A stretch of 32,000 bases of DNA from Candidatus Saccharimonadota bacterium (GCA_016699935.1 CP064992.1:1-32000); one strand, 5' to 3'. Counted from the stretch's first letter, positions 1-8,424 are shown. Made by a program: numbers and translations. Notes: generated by a model not told the origin, from the letters alone.

Positions 1-1603
1 GTAACTCGCGTGGCAGCTTATCGAAGCCATACAGACGTCCCACTTCCTCGACGATATCTTCGGGGAGGTCAATGTCAGTCCTCCAAAATGGCGGCTGAAT
101 CTTGATAGATGTATCATGAATCGTGCAGGTAAATTCAACGTTTTCGAGCAGCATTTGTATCTGCTGAACATCCAGCGCCAAACCAAGTCGGTCGTTTATA
201 AACTGACTCGACACTTCGACTTCTTGATTCTTGATTCTTGATTCTAGATTCCACTCGTCAAAGACATTCGATGCCTGTGAGCCACCTGCGACGTCAAAAA
301 CTGACTGCATGAGCAGGGCGATGATTCGGTCATTCTGCAGTGGTGACTGGCCTTTATTGAAACGAGTCAATGCATCGGTGAAAAGGCCGTGTCGCATGCT
401 ACTTTTGCGCACGGTGTACATATCGAAATTGGCGACTTCGAGCACGATATTTTTGGTACTCGCCGAGACTTCACTATTGCCACCACCCATGATGCCACCC
501 AGACCAACGGGACCTTCGCCGTCGACGATGACGATATCATCTGCCTCGAGCGTATATGTTTTGCCGTTTAAGAGCGGGAGTTGTTCACCCTGTTTAGCCA
601 TCCGTGCGCCAATCTTATGACCGCGGAGCTTGTCGTAGTCATAGGCGTGAGTCGGTTGGGCAGTGAGAAGCATGACGTAGTTTGTGACATCGACGATGTT
701 GTTGATGGGTTTGCCGCCCATAGCGACGAGTGCGCATTGCAACCAAAGTGGGCTGGGTTTAATCTCGATGTCTTTGATAGCGACCGCCATAAAGCGTGGA
801 ACTTTGTCTCCTGCGTCATTACTGACCGTTAACTCCAGTTGCTTGTCATTCTGAGCGGAGCCGCTACCAAGCGGCGAAGCCGAAGAATCTTCCGCTGCGT
901 TAGGAGAAGATTCCTCCGCTACGGTCGGAATGACAGGATGCAGGTACCATTCTGGGCTGACGAATGGCTGCTGTTGTATGCCTGCAATCTCGCGCGCTAC
1001 ACCGAGCTGACCAAAGAGGTCAGGACGATGGGTAAACATTTTGTTTTCTATGTCGATAATTGTGTCATCCAGCCCATACGCACGGGCAAAGTCCACCCCG
1101 GGTGCAATTTCTACCCCTGTCGGCTTCCACTCCGTTGTATCAATTTCCACTATGCCGTCGTGGTTGTCACCTATAGCGAGTTCGGCTGAGCTAGCCAGCA
1201 TGCCGTTACTTTCGACGCCACGGATTTTGCGCACATCGAGCACAAACGGCTCTTTGTCGAAACTAGCCGGTACGGTGGCGCCGGGTGGCAGCCAGGCGAC
1301 GAACATATCGGCGTGGACGTTTGGAGCGCCGCAGACGACCTGGATGAGGTTTGACGGTAGGCGTTCGACGGTAGGGGGTAAGGGGTAATCACCGATGTCG
1401 ATTTCACAGACATGCAAATGGTCACTATCCGGGTGTGGTTCGCACTTGACCACTTTTGCGATAACAATGCCCTTGTATTTTGCGCCAATATCTACGACTT
1501 CCTCGACGCCGCCCAACTGTTCGTTAATACGAGCAACTAGCTCATCTACGGGTGGTAGCTCGAAATTAACGTACTGGCGTATAGTATTGAGTGAAACTTT
1601 CAT
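1..1603 (-). CDS. pheT: Phenylalanine--tRNA ligase beta subunit (N-terminal ~534 aa; 3' end lies beyond the left edge)
   Basis: Absent from the ORF track because it runs off the window. Manual minus-strand translation from ATG 1603 is open to nt 1: MKVSLNTIRQYVNFELPP...VVKCEPHPDSDHLHVCEIDIG...VDVTNYVMLLTAQPTHAYDYDKL...GGIMGGGNSEVS. These are tRNA-binding, B3_4 and B5 type signatures. It lies directly downstream of pheS. Confidence 0.9.
   Translation of the reverse strand, partial: MKVSLNTIRQYVNFELPPVDELVARINEQLGGVEEVVDIGAKYKGIVIAKVVKCEPHPDSDHLHVCEIDIGDYPLPPTVERLPSNLIQVVCGAPNVHADMFVAWLPPGATVPASFDKEPFVLDVRKIRGVESNGMLASSAELAIGDNHDGIVEIDTTEWKPTGVEIAPGVDFARAYGLDDTIIDIENKMFTHRPDLFGQLGVAREIAGIQQQPFVSPEWYLHPVIPTVAEESSPNAAEDSSASPLGSGSAQNDKQLELTVSNDAGDKVPRFMAVAIKDIEIKPSPLWLQCALVAMGGKPINNIVDVTNYVMLLTAQPTHAYDYDKLRGHKIGARMAKQGEQLPLLNGKTYTLEADDIVIVDGEGPVGLGGIMGGGNSEVSASTKNIVLEVANFDMYTVRKSSMRHGLFTDALTRFNKGQSPLQNDRIIALLMQSVFDVAGGSQASNVFDEWNLESRIKNQEVEVSSQFINDRLGLALDVQQIQMLLENVEFTCTIHDTSIKIQPPFWRTDIDLPEDIVEEVGRLYGFDKLPREL
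221..248. repeat. Tandem heptamer array (TTCTTGA x3 + TTCTAGA) inside the pheT coding sequence
   Basis: Direct reading. On the coding strand it is GAATCAA-type units translated as NLESRIKNQEV. The pheT frame stays open through it. Confidence 0.8.
845..934. mobile_element. MITE-like palindromic element, 90 bp, termini GTCATTC...GAATGAC, inserted in frame in pheT
   Basis: Terminal inverted repeat plus an internal hairpin GCCGCT-ACCA-AGCGGC. Same family as intergenic copies at 4330, 11894, 20818 and 22092. 90 bp = 30 codons (VIPTVAEESSPNAAEDSSASPLGSGSAQND). Confidence 0.7.
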
Positions 1604-1616
1604 GAGTAGACTCCGT

Positions 1617-1651
1617 AAGAAGAACGCGGAACGGAGAATGAAGAATGTAGA
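1617..1651. repeat. Heptamer array (GNRGAAY-type units) flanking the four-helix-bundle gene, left side
   Basis: 7-nt periodicity: aagaaga acgcgga acggaga atgaaga atgtaga. It is inverted relative to the array at 2025-2059. Confidence 0.6.
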
Positions 1652-1652
1652 T

Positions 1653-2039
1653 TCATAATCGCTCCTTTGATGCCCTTATTAAGCCAGTTAGTAGCTTATC
1701 TGCTCGCTCGCATAACGACATAAGGTCATCGTAACTTCGATCATCAATAAATTGCAGATCGAGCGAAAGGATAATTTGGTTTTGTAACTCGATCAATGAG
1801 CCATGTGCCATAACATAAAAGTGCACTTTGTCTTTCATGGTGTCACGTTTAAAACCTTCGGCAATATTTGAAGCAACCGACACCGAAGACCGTTTCATTT
1901 GGCTCACAAGGCCATACTGCTCTTCTTTTGGATAGAGGTAGCATGCGCGGTATACGTTTTTTACAAGCACCCTGCTCGATTTCCACGCTTCAAGGTCAGT
2001 AAACTGTCTTATTTTTGTTTTAGGTTCCTCGTTCTTCAT
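1653..2039 (-). CDS. Four-helix-bundle protein (23S rRNA intervening-sequence protein family, same family as DGR Avd)
   Basis: 128-aa ORF with the family pattern FTDLEAWK...LYPKEEQYGLVSQMKRSSVSVASNIAEGFKR...KVHFYVMAHGSLIELQNQ. It sits between pheS and pheT. Confidence 0.85.
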   Translation of the reverse strand: MKNEEPKTKIRQFTDLEAWKSSRVLVKNVYRACYLYPKEEQYGLVSQMKRSSVSVASNIAEGFKRDTMKDKVHFYVMAHGSLIELQNQIILSLDLQFIDDRSYDDLMSLCERADKLLTGLIRASKERL

Positions 2040-2059
2040 TCTTCGTTCCTCATTCTCTT
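2025..2059. repeat. Heptamer array flanking the four-helix-bundle gene, right side
   Basis: ttcctcg ttcttca ttcttcg ttcctca ttctctt. It overlaps the start codon and first codons (MKNEEP) of the 4HB gene and abuts the pheS stop codon. Confidence 0.6.
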
Positions 2060-3111
2060 CATGCGAATTGCTCCAGGAAGTCTAGTTTGGCGCTTTCGAG
2101 ATGACGGATGTCTTCGATAGCGTATTTCATCATGACCAGACGGTCTATTCCGCACCCAAAGGCAAAGCCAGTGTACTCGGCCGGGTCAATATCTGCTGCT
2201 CTGAGCACATTTGGATGAATCATGCCGCAACCAAGTAGTTCTATCCAGCCTTCGCCAGAACATACTTTGCAGCCGGCGTCCTTGCCCTTGCAAAATGGAC
2301 AGCTCAGGGCAAATTCGAAACTTGGTTCGGTAAATGGGAAATAAAATGGATTCACCCGCACGTCGAGCTGCTGGCCATAGTATTCTTGCAAAAACTCTTG
2401 CAAGGTGGCAATGAGCATACCGGCATGCACACCCTTTGCCACGTAGACGCCCTCAACCTGATAGAACGTATGCTCGTGGCGGGCGTCGAGATCCTCATTG
2501 CGGAAACAGCGGTCAGGCACAATTGCCGCGATGGCTTCGCCTTTCGCCAGGTCGTCTCGATATTTACGCAGCGTGCGGTTTTGCATAGTACTAGTATGTG
2601 CTGGCGCAATGAAAGGGTCGCCGTCTGCGTCGGTTTCGACCGTCATAAAGGTGTCGTAATCGTCGCGGGCGGGGTGGCCTTTCGGAAAGTTTAGCGATTC
2701 AAACATGTGGTACTGGTCGTCGATTTCGCGTGATTCTTCGGTGACAAAACCCATGCGACTAAAGATGTCACTGATGTGGTTCGTCTCTTGGCTTAACGGA
2801 TGCAGGCTACCTGCTTCAGCAGCGAGCAAGCCTGGGAGCGAGGCATTTACATCCATAGGGGCAGTAACGTCTATGGACGGTAGCTCAACTTCGGCGTCGG
2901 CCATGGCATCTACTTTTGCCTGAAGCTCATTTTTCAGCTCATTAAGCTCTTTACCGAAGGACGATTTCACTTCGTTTGGCAATGTACGGATTTGCGCATA
3001 GAGCGCACCGAGTTCTGGAGCGCGCATGATGGCGGCTTTATCATCGAGCGTCTCAAACTGCGCCTGAAGTGTTTCGGCGGCCGATGCGATGTCTGCGTGT
3101 TGGTAGTTCAT
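2059..3111 (-). CDS. pheS: Phenylalanine--tRNA ligase alpha subunit
   Basis: 350-aa intact ORF with class II aaRS motifs: KGHPARDDYDTF, CFRNEDLDARHEHTFYQVEG, GFAFGCGIDRLVMMKY. Confidence 0.95.
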   Translation of the reverse strand: MNYQHADIASAAETLQAQFETLDDKAAIMRAPELGALYAQIRTLPNEVKSSFGKELNELKNELQAKVDAMADAEVELPSIDVTAPMDVNASLPGLLAAEAGSLHPLSQETNHISDIFSRMGFVTEESREIDDQYHMFESLNFPKGHPARDDYDTFMTVETDADGDPFIAPAHTSTMQNRTLRKYRDDLAKGEAIAAIVPDRCFRNEDLDARHEHTFYQVEGVYVAKGVHAGMLIATLQEFLQEYYGQQLDVRVNPFYFPFTEPSFEFALSCPFCKGKDAGCKVCSGEGWIELLGCGMIHPNVLRAADIDPAEYTGFAFGCGIDRLVMMKYAIEDIRHLESAKLDFLEQFA

Positions 3112-3119
3112 TGGTACAT

Positions 3120-3148
3120 AGTATACAGAGTTAAGAGTGAAGAGTTAA
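3120..3148 (-). promoter_or_regulatory. Putative leaderless-type promoter of pheS (TTAACT-N17-TATACT, 8 nt before the ATG)
   Basis: Minus-strand reading: -35 TTAACT (3148-3143), 17-nt spacer, -10 TATACT (3125-3120), ATG at 3111. No Shine-Dalgarno. The same hexamers and spacing occur at yajQ and DUF475. Confidence 0.5.
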
Positions 3149-3154
3149 GAGTTA
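3127..3154. repeat. Tandem heptamer array AGAGTTA/AGAGTGA x4
   Basis: Direct reading. It is the reverse complement of the CTCTTAA array at 5117-5165 and contains the pheS -35 hexamer. Confidence 0.8.
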
Positions 3155-3184
3155 CAAAACGAGAACCGCCAGAAAGCGGTTCTC
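3154..3184 (-). terminator. Rho-independent terminator candidate for the 4229->3208 operon
   Basis: 9-bp stem GAGAACCGC / GCGGTTCTC (3161-3169 / 3176-3184) with loop CAGAAA. On the minus strand it is followed by GTTTTGT. Confidence 0.5.
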
Positions 3185-3207
3185 ATAGGAAACAAAATCC
3201 CAAATGT

Positions 3208-3468
3208 CTATAGCATGGCGTCGATGTCTTGGTCGAGCGCCGTTGTATCGAGACCTGTTTCAAGTTCGTTATTTGCGTCGCTCAGTGTCGCATCGGCTTG
3301 CTTTAGTTCTGGCACCGCCTCGACTTTTTGCTGTGTGGACACCGTATTGTCTTTATTGTCCTGGGAGTTCATCACCGTATAACCTACAAAACCAACTACG
3401 GCAACTACGACCACAAGCAAAAAGGCAACAATATGCCCAGTACCACGCTCAGAGAGTGAATATTTCAT
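3208..3468 (-). CDS. Hypothetical small membrane-anchored protein (86 aa)
   Basis: ORF with an N-terminal TM segment (IVAFLLVVVVAVVGFVGYTV). Its start overlaps the upstream stop (TAATG). No recognisable family. Confidence 0.5.
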   Translation of the reverse strand: MKYSLSERGTGHIVAFLLVVVVAVVGFVGYTVMNSQDNKDNTVSTQQKVEAVPELKQADATLSDANNELETGLDTTALDQDIDAML

Positions 3469-4229
3469 TAGTTCGTTCCTCCTGTCATATCTGTTGTGGA
3501 GCCATCTCGAGAATCGTTCATCCCATCGCTAGCGGAATTATCACCGTTTTCAGCATCGTCCTTGGACTGCGCAAGCGCTACCACCATGTCTTTGAGCGCT
3601 TTTCGATAGTCATGGAGAGCCGAGCGCGTTGCTTTAGCTGCTTCCCTCACCTCGGTCAGTTTTACGACTGTTTCTGGGTCGCTACAGTCTACACCCGTTG
3701 CAACTTCCTTAAGCGCAGCAACAGCAGCCGTGGCTGCTTCTTGCTTCGCGGTTGCAGCGGCTACGAGCTCATCATAACCAGCAAGCTGAGGATCCTCGAC
3801 GGCTTTGTAAGATTGAATACGTGTGTTTGCGTCGTTCAGTTTGGTAAGGTGCTTACTTGCCGCCTGATTGAAAGCCGTGAGCTTGTTTTCGATTGCCTTC
3901 TGCCTGTTTTCGCACACGAGTTTACGCTTGTCTTCGGCCATTTCCTTGCGGCCTTCACGCTTTTTTTCTAACTCTTTTTTAGCATCTTCGCGGAGCTGAT
4001 TAATCCTTAGTTCAGCCTGTTTTCGGCGATTGCTATCATCGGGCACACCTGATTGCGCCCCAGGTCCGTCTTCGACTTTCTGTTCGGTACTGTCTTGCGT
4101 CATAGTTGCGTCATCCGCTCCTTGGCGAGCACTGACTAGTTGCGTTGCTGCGAGGGCAAACACGGCCACAAAGCCAAAAGCAGCGAGTGCAAACACAAGT
4201 CGCTTTGATACAATTGTTGTTTGGTGCAT
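3468..4229 (-). CDS. Hypothetical signal/TM-anchored coiled-coil protein (253 aa)
   Basis: N-terminal hydrophobic segment (LVFALAAFGFVAVFALAA), then a charged, Ala/Lys/Glu-rich helical sequence. No family recognised. Confidence 0.55.
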   Translation of the reverse strand: MHQTTIVSKRLVFALAAFGFVAVFALAATQLVSARQGADDATMTQDSTEQKVEDGPGAQSGVPDDSNRRKQAELRINQLREDAKKELEKKREGRKEMAEDKRKLVCENRQKAIENKLTAFNQAASKHLTKLNDANTRIQSYKAVEDPQLAGYDELVAAATAKQEAATAAVAALKEVATGVDCSDPETVVKLTEVREAAKATRSALHDYRKALKDMVVALAQSKDDAENGDNSASDGMNDSRDGSTTDMTGGTN

Positions 4230-4329
4230 CTACTTTATTCCCCAAATTATATTTTGTTAGGTAATTGTAGTATAGCAAAAAGCTTGTGCTTATAATAGGT
4301 TAGGCTGACCCACATCCACCCTTTGAGCT

Positions 4330-4426
4330 GTCATCTTGAGCGCAGTCGAAAGATCTCCATGATATTGACACCTAAGAGATCCCTCCACGAAGCCTGCCCC
4401 GCACTTGATGCGGGGGTCGGGATGAC
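4330..4426. mobile_element. MITE-like palindromic element (GTCATC...GATGAC), 97 bp
   Basis: Contains GTCATCTTGAGCGCAGTCGAAAGATCTC and a CCCCGC-ACTTGAT-GCGGGG hairpin, then GTCGGGATGAC. Same architecture as 845-934. Track ORFs 4290-4691 and 4331-4600 read through it and are judged spurious. Confidence 0.65.
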
Positions 4427-4656
4427 AACGAGAAAAAAGTGGATGTGAGTTAGGGTGTAGCCAATCAGTACTGACAGATATGATACAGTATACGTGATGC
4501 GGTGACCGAGAATAGGTGATTGCCTGCAGGGCAATAACGGTAGCGTCATGACTACCCCGCATCTCCATACATATGACCGCACAAGAATACATAGAATCAT
4601 TATTTACACGTATAACTTTGCCATCAGAGGTGGAAAAACCTGCCAGTCGTGCAGAA

Positions 4657-5067
4657 TTAACACATGTTTTGTATAGACTGCTCACGACCAAAAAGTTTCG
4701 TAAGTATACTCTTAACGACGAATATGTAGCTCACATACAAAAATCCATAGCCGCTAGTGTCGCAGCGAATGAGCACGTGTTTGCCCTCAACGGAGTGAGT
4801 AAGGTCGCTAATTTTCTTTACTTCACCACTTGAATCCGTGCCGTGATAGCTGGCAAGATGAATCGTATCAGATGTCATCACAAACCCAAGGTCAGGATTT
4901 GCTTTTGCAATCGCAAACCTCAGCGCCGAAGCAAAGTGCAGTGCTCCATTCAAGACAGTTATGGTATGCAGCCCGCTTCGTGGTACATAGTCTTTCGCAA
5001 TTTCTTGAGCCAGCGAATCTACACGCTCAAGTATTTGAACCTCGCGAAATAGCACCGTGGCTATCAT
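4657..5067 (-). pseudogene. hpt: Hypoxanthine phosphoribosyltransferase, C-terminally degenerate
   Basis: The N-terminal 100 aa fit HPRT (VLNGALHFASAL...LASYHGTDSSGEV...GKHVLI). The PRPP motif reads LIRCDTSG instead of the expected acidic pair. The C-terminal third is recognisable only weakly in another frame (SLYKTCVNSAR..AGFSTSDGKVI). Confidence 0.6.
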
Positions 5068-5116
5068 TTTCGTCTCCCCACCATCACCCCATCATCAAAC
5101 CCGTTCATGCTGGCTC

Positions 5117-5165
5117 CTCTTAACTCTTAACTCTTAACTCTTAACTCTTAACTCTTAACTCTTAA
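5117..5165. repeat. Perfect tandem heptamer array CTCTTAA x7
   Basis: Direct reading. It lies in the divergent hpt / yajQ intergenic region. Confidence 0.95.
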
Positions 5166-5176
5166 AGCAGTATACT
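5148..5176 (+). promoter_or_regulatory. Putative leaderless-type promoter of yajQ (TTAACT-N17-TATACT, 7 nt before the ATG)
   Basis: -35 TTAACT at 5148-5153 (inside the heptamer array), -10 TATACT at 5171-5176, ATG at 5184. No Shine-Dalgarno. Confidence 0.5.
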
Positions 5177-5183
5177 AGAAACT

Positions 5184-5678
5184 ATGGGAAACTTCTCTTT
5201 CGATATCGTGAGTGAATATGACAAGGCCGAAATGAATAATGTATTCGACCAAGCTTTGCGTGAAATGGCAAGCCGCTATGACTTTAAGGGCACGCCAGCC
5301 GAACTGGACTGGCTGGAAGACAAAAAGGTTTCAAAGTGGTGGGTAGTGGCGAGTGGCAGGTGGAGGCCATCCTAGAAATAATACGTAAGAAACTCGCTGC
5401 CCGTGGTCAAAGTCAAAAGGTCCTTGACGTTTCAAAGAAATAGCCGAATCAAACCTAAAAGCCACCAAAGAAGTGCCGTTCAAGGCTGGACTCGACCAAG
5501 ACAAAGCCAAAACCCTCACCAAACTCATTCGCGATACCTATCCCAAAGTGAAAACCCAAATCCAAGGCGACGCCGTGCGTGTCATGAGCAGCAGCAAAGA
5601 CGACCTCCAAGCTGTCATGCAACTACTGAAAGCTCGCGAAGACCTGACTTCCCCCTAAGCTTCACCAACTACCGCTAA
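5184..5678 (+). pseudogene. yajQ: YajQ family nucleotide-binding protein, three 1-nt frameshifts
   Basis: Pieces in three frames join to MGNFSFDIVSEYDKAEMNNVFDQALREMASRYDFKG...GFKVVGSGEWQVEAILEIIRKKLAARG...[52 protein letters not shown]...[10 protein letters not shown]. The shifts are at the A run 5322-5326, near 5440, and at CTGAC near 5645. Confidence 0.8.
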
Positions 5679-6238
5679 GCTTCCTCGTGGTGAGTAAGCT
5701 GCATTGTCTTGAGCATAAATCCGCAAGCACCTACGCAAAAAAGTGGCTCAAAAATACCCCACAACGGGCTTGGGGTGCGTAATAAGAACATAAAACAGCC
5801 GACGCCTATCAAGAACCCTACGAATTGTAACGAGACAAATGGCCAAAGATTTCTACCGGTTTGCTGCCTTGCAATAGAAATACTTACGGTCAAAAATATA
5901 ACCGCCATCACTGCCGCAAGAGAATTGTGAAAATTGCGGATAATTGGACCAGCCGTGTAAGGCAGTAAAATGAGTGCGACAACTATGACCGCACAAACCC
6001 GTAGAGCGGCCGCCTTCCCTAAACTCTTTAGGTGCACCCTAACAAATAATCCAAAAACCCATAAAGTAACTGCCACAGCCATCATGCTTGCGGCGAAAAG
6101 AGGAAATGTCTCTTCCAAAGTGCCATAGCGGCTAAATGTCGTCCAGCGCGGCTCTAGCGCGAAACAGCTTGCCATGCAGACGCTAAACACCAGCATACTG
6201 AGCCAAACTATCTTCCTCGTCCGTTCCATACAGAACAT
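5675..6238 (-). CDS. Hypothetical polytopic membrane protein (187 aa)
   Basis: Intact ORF with about 6 hydrophobic segments. No family recognised with confidence. Confidence 0.55.
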   Translation of the reverse strand: MFCMERTRKIVWLSMLVFSVCMASCFALEPRWTTFSRYGTLEETFPLFAASMMAVAVTLWVFGLFVRVHLKSLGKAAALRVCAVIVVALILLPYTAGPIIRNFHNSLAAVMAVIFLTVSISIARQQTGRNLWPFVSLQFVGFLIGVGCFMFLLRTPSPLWGIFEPLFCVGACGFMLKTMQLTHHEEA

Positions 6239-6277
6239 AATACTACCTATAGGAATATGCAGTATACTTTAAGAAGC

Positions 6278-7668
6278 ATGAGCGAAAACGAGCTAGATGA
6301 ATTAAAAGTTGAAGAGGTGCTGACTGAGCAAGAAGTTGCAGACGTAGAGCAGCATGCTCAGCTGCCACTTGACGAGCAAGCTCGACTAATCCTGCGTGCA
6401 AACGACAGAGGTAATTACACCATCCCAGCCGAAAACCTGTACCCGCACCAATGGTTATGGGATAGCTGTTTTCGTAGCGATTGGCCTGCGCCATATTGAT
6501 GTCGACCGCGCCCAAACCGAACTGCTTGAGCCTCGTAAAGGCCAGTGGAGTAATGGCATGCTGCCAAACATGATTTTCAGTAACGAACCAGAATACCGCC
6601 GCGATAGAGAGTTCTGGCGAAGCTGGATAAGCCCCTACTCGCCCGATGGTATCGCCACCAGTGGTATCACACAGCCACCCATGCTTGCCGAAGCGGTCTG
6701 GCAGGTCGGCCAGAAATTGTCGCTTGCAGAGCGACGAGGATGGTACCAGCAGCTGATGCTGCCACACATCGTTTCGTATCATGAATGGCTCTACCGCGAA
6801 CGCGACCCGCACGATGAAGGGCTTGTTCTGTTGTTGCACCCATGGGAGTGCGGCCTCGATAATACTCCCCCTGGACATCCGAGCTCCACGAACACATTAT
6901 GCCGGCTTGGATTCGGTTTATCCGCTGGACTCGACTGGATGGAGTCATCGGTTTCTTCCGACGCGATCGACACTATATACCGCCTGGCCAACGCCTTTCC
7001 ACACTCGAGACACTGAGCTATTTTGATGCACAGCGCCGCTTGCGTCGGAAAGCGTACGATTCTCTCAAAATTCTTGACCACGGGCTGTTTAGTATAGAAG
7101 ACCTCACCTTTAACTGCATCTTCATCCGTGCCAATGAACGACTGCGTGATATTGCTCGCACCCTGCATCATGAACTGCCTGACGACCTGCAGCAACACAT
7201 GGAAAAAAGCGAACGCGCCCTGCATGAGCTGTATGACCCATATAGCAAAACTTACTGGTCACGTGACTTTATCACCCACCGCCTCCTAAAGCAACCGAGC
7301 ATTGCCGCCCTCATGCCGCTCTACGCCGGAGTGCTCACAAAAGAACAAGCTGAACACCTAGTAAAACAGCTCGAAAATGAACACATCTTTGGCCCAGCTT
7401 TTCCGGTACCAAGCGTGCCGCTTGACAGCCCCAGTTTAACCCCGATCTGTACTGGCAAGGTCCAACCTGGGTCAACACCAACTGGCTCATCATCGATGGT
7501 TTGCGGCGAGCTGGCTACAAAGACCACGCCGATGCACTCACCGAAACCACTCTCGACATGGTGCGCCGCAGCGGCTTCGCCGAATATTTTGACCCCGTCA
7601 CTGGCGAACCCCTCGGTGCCCAAAACTTCTCCTGGACCGCCGCTTTAGTTATTGATTTAATTAAGTAG
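6278..7668 (+). pseudogene. GH63-like (alpha/alpha)6 glycoside hydrolase (amylo-alpha-1,6-glucosidase / mannosylglycerate-hydrolase-like), three frameshifts
   Basis: Motifs across frames: YPHQWLWDSCF, HPWECGLDNTPPW, GPTWVNTNWLIIDGL, FAEYFDPVTGEPLGAQNFSWTAA. Shifts lie near 6470 (T run), 6870 (C run) and 7435 (T run). Start taken at ATG 6278, 9 nt after a TATACT box; ATG 6257 is the alternative. Confidence 0.75.
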
Positions 7669-7689
7669 TTATTATATAGTTTCCTAAAC

Positions 7690-8424
7690 ATGGACGAAGC
7701 TCAATACGGTCGCTGGTTAGCATTTCGTAGCCAGACTAATGTTAGCGCTGATCATCACATAGGCGCTCTTTGTGCCATGGCAGCATATAGCATAGGTATG
7801 CGCCCTGTAGTTGCCGCAATAGATCCGACCTTGGCGGGTGAGGCTGCCGCAAAAGCCGGCTTACGTCTAGCTCAACTTGATCCAAATAATCCAGACATCG
7901 CTTCGTGGTTTAACCGCTCATATGATGCGCTCAATATGGATGACCCTCGGCATCAGCGAGAGCGTATCGCAACAGGGTTGCTAGATGGTCGTACTTTTTC
8001 CCTAATTGCACTTCGTTCCAGTGTTCCATCGATAAAAGCCGAGCGCGAAGAACGCGCATCCACGGCTTTTTGTGCCGCATATTCACTAGCAAAAACACTG
8101 CGCCACGGCCTACTGCGTGATCCTTACGAAACAATGCTCAGCAGACACTGGGCTACACATGAATCGATGCGAACAGAAGGCAGCGTTGTAAAAGCATCAA
8201 TCATTGCTTTACGTGGTATCACACAAGCATTAGCAAGCAGACCCAAACAGACAAACTTCAAATCTGGCACAAGAGCCTCAGCACTCAAAGAGCACGCTTC
8301 ATTCGTCGTGAAGCAGTCTACAATGAACGGAGCAGCGTTAGTACTTGGCCTAACCCGTCCAGGAAAAAGTATTCAACGACTTAACCGCGCTCGAAAGCGT
8401 CTTGCAGATCATATGCTTTGCTAG
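7690..8424 (+). CDS. Hypothetical protein (244 aa)
   Basis: Intact ORF with non-repetitive composition. No family recognised. Confidence 0.45.
   Translation: MDEAQYGRWLAFRSQTNVSADHHIGALCAMAAYSIGMRPVVAAIDPTLAGEAAAKAGLRLAQLDPNNPDIASWFNRSYDALNMDDPRHQRERIATGLLDGRTFSLIALRSSVPSIKAEREERASTAFCAAYSLAKTLRHGLLRDPYETMLSRHWATHESMRTEGSVVKASIIALRGITQALASRPKQTNFKSGTRASALKEHASFVVKQSTMNGAALVLGLTRPGKSIQRLNRARKRLADHMLC

Noticed and set aside
231-1658. Many 60-130 aa track ORFs on both strands (for example 231-620, 839-1189, 1041-1388, 1171-1488)
   Set aside because: They all lie inside or antisense to the continuous pheT reading frame, which is open from 1603 to nt 1 and has clear PheT motifs. Their sequences are low-complexity with no family resemblance.
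1653-2039. Four-helix-bundle gene as part of a diversity-generating retroelement
   Set aside because: The window contains no reverse transcriptase ORF and no template/variable repeat pair.
3204-3971. 255-aa plus-strand ORF
   Set aside because: It is antisense to the two minus-strand genes at 3208-4229. It is Cys/Arg/Leu-rich with no motif. The minus-strand genes have a coupled stop/start and a terminator.
4573-4833. 86-aa plus-strand ORF (MTAQEYIESLF...)
   Set aside because: It overlaps the 3' part of hpt on the opposite strand. Minus-strand frames there retain weak HPRT C-terminal similarity, so this is most likely a shadow ORF, though not fully excluded.
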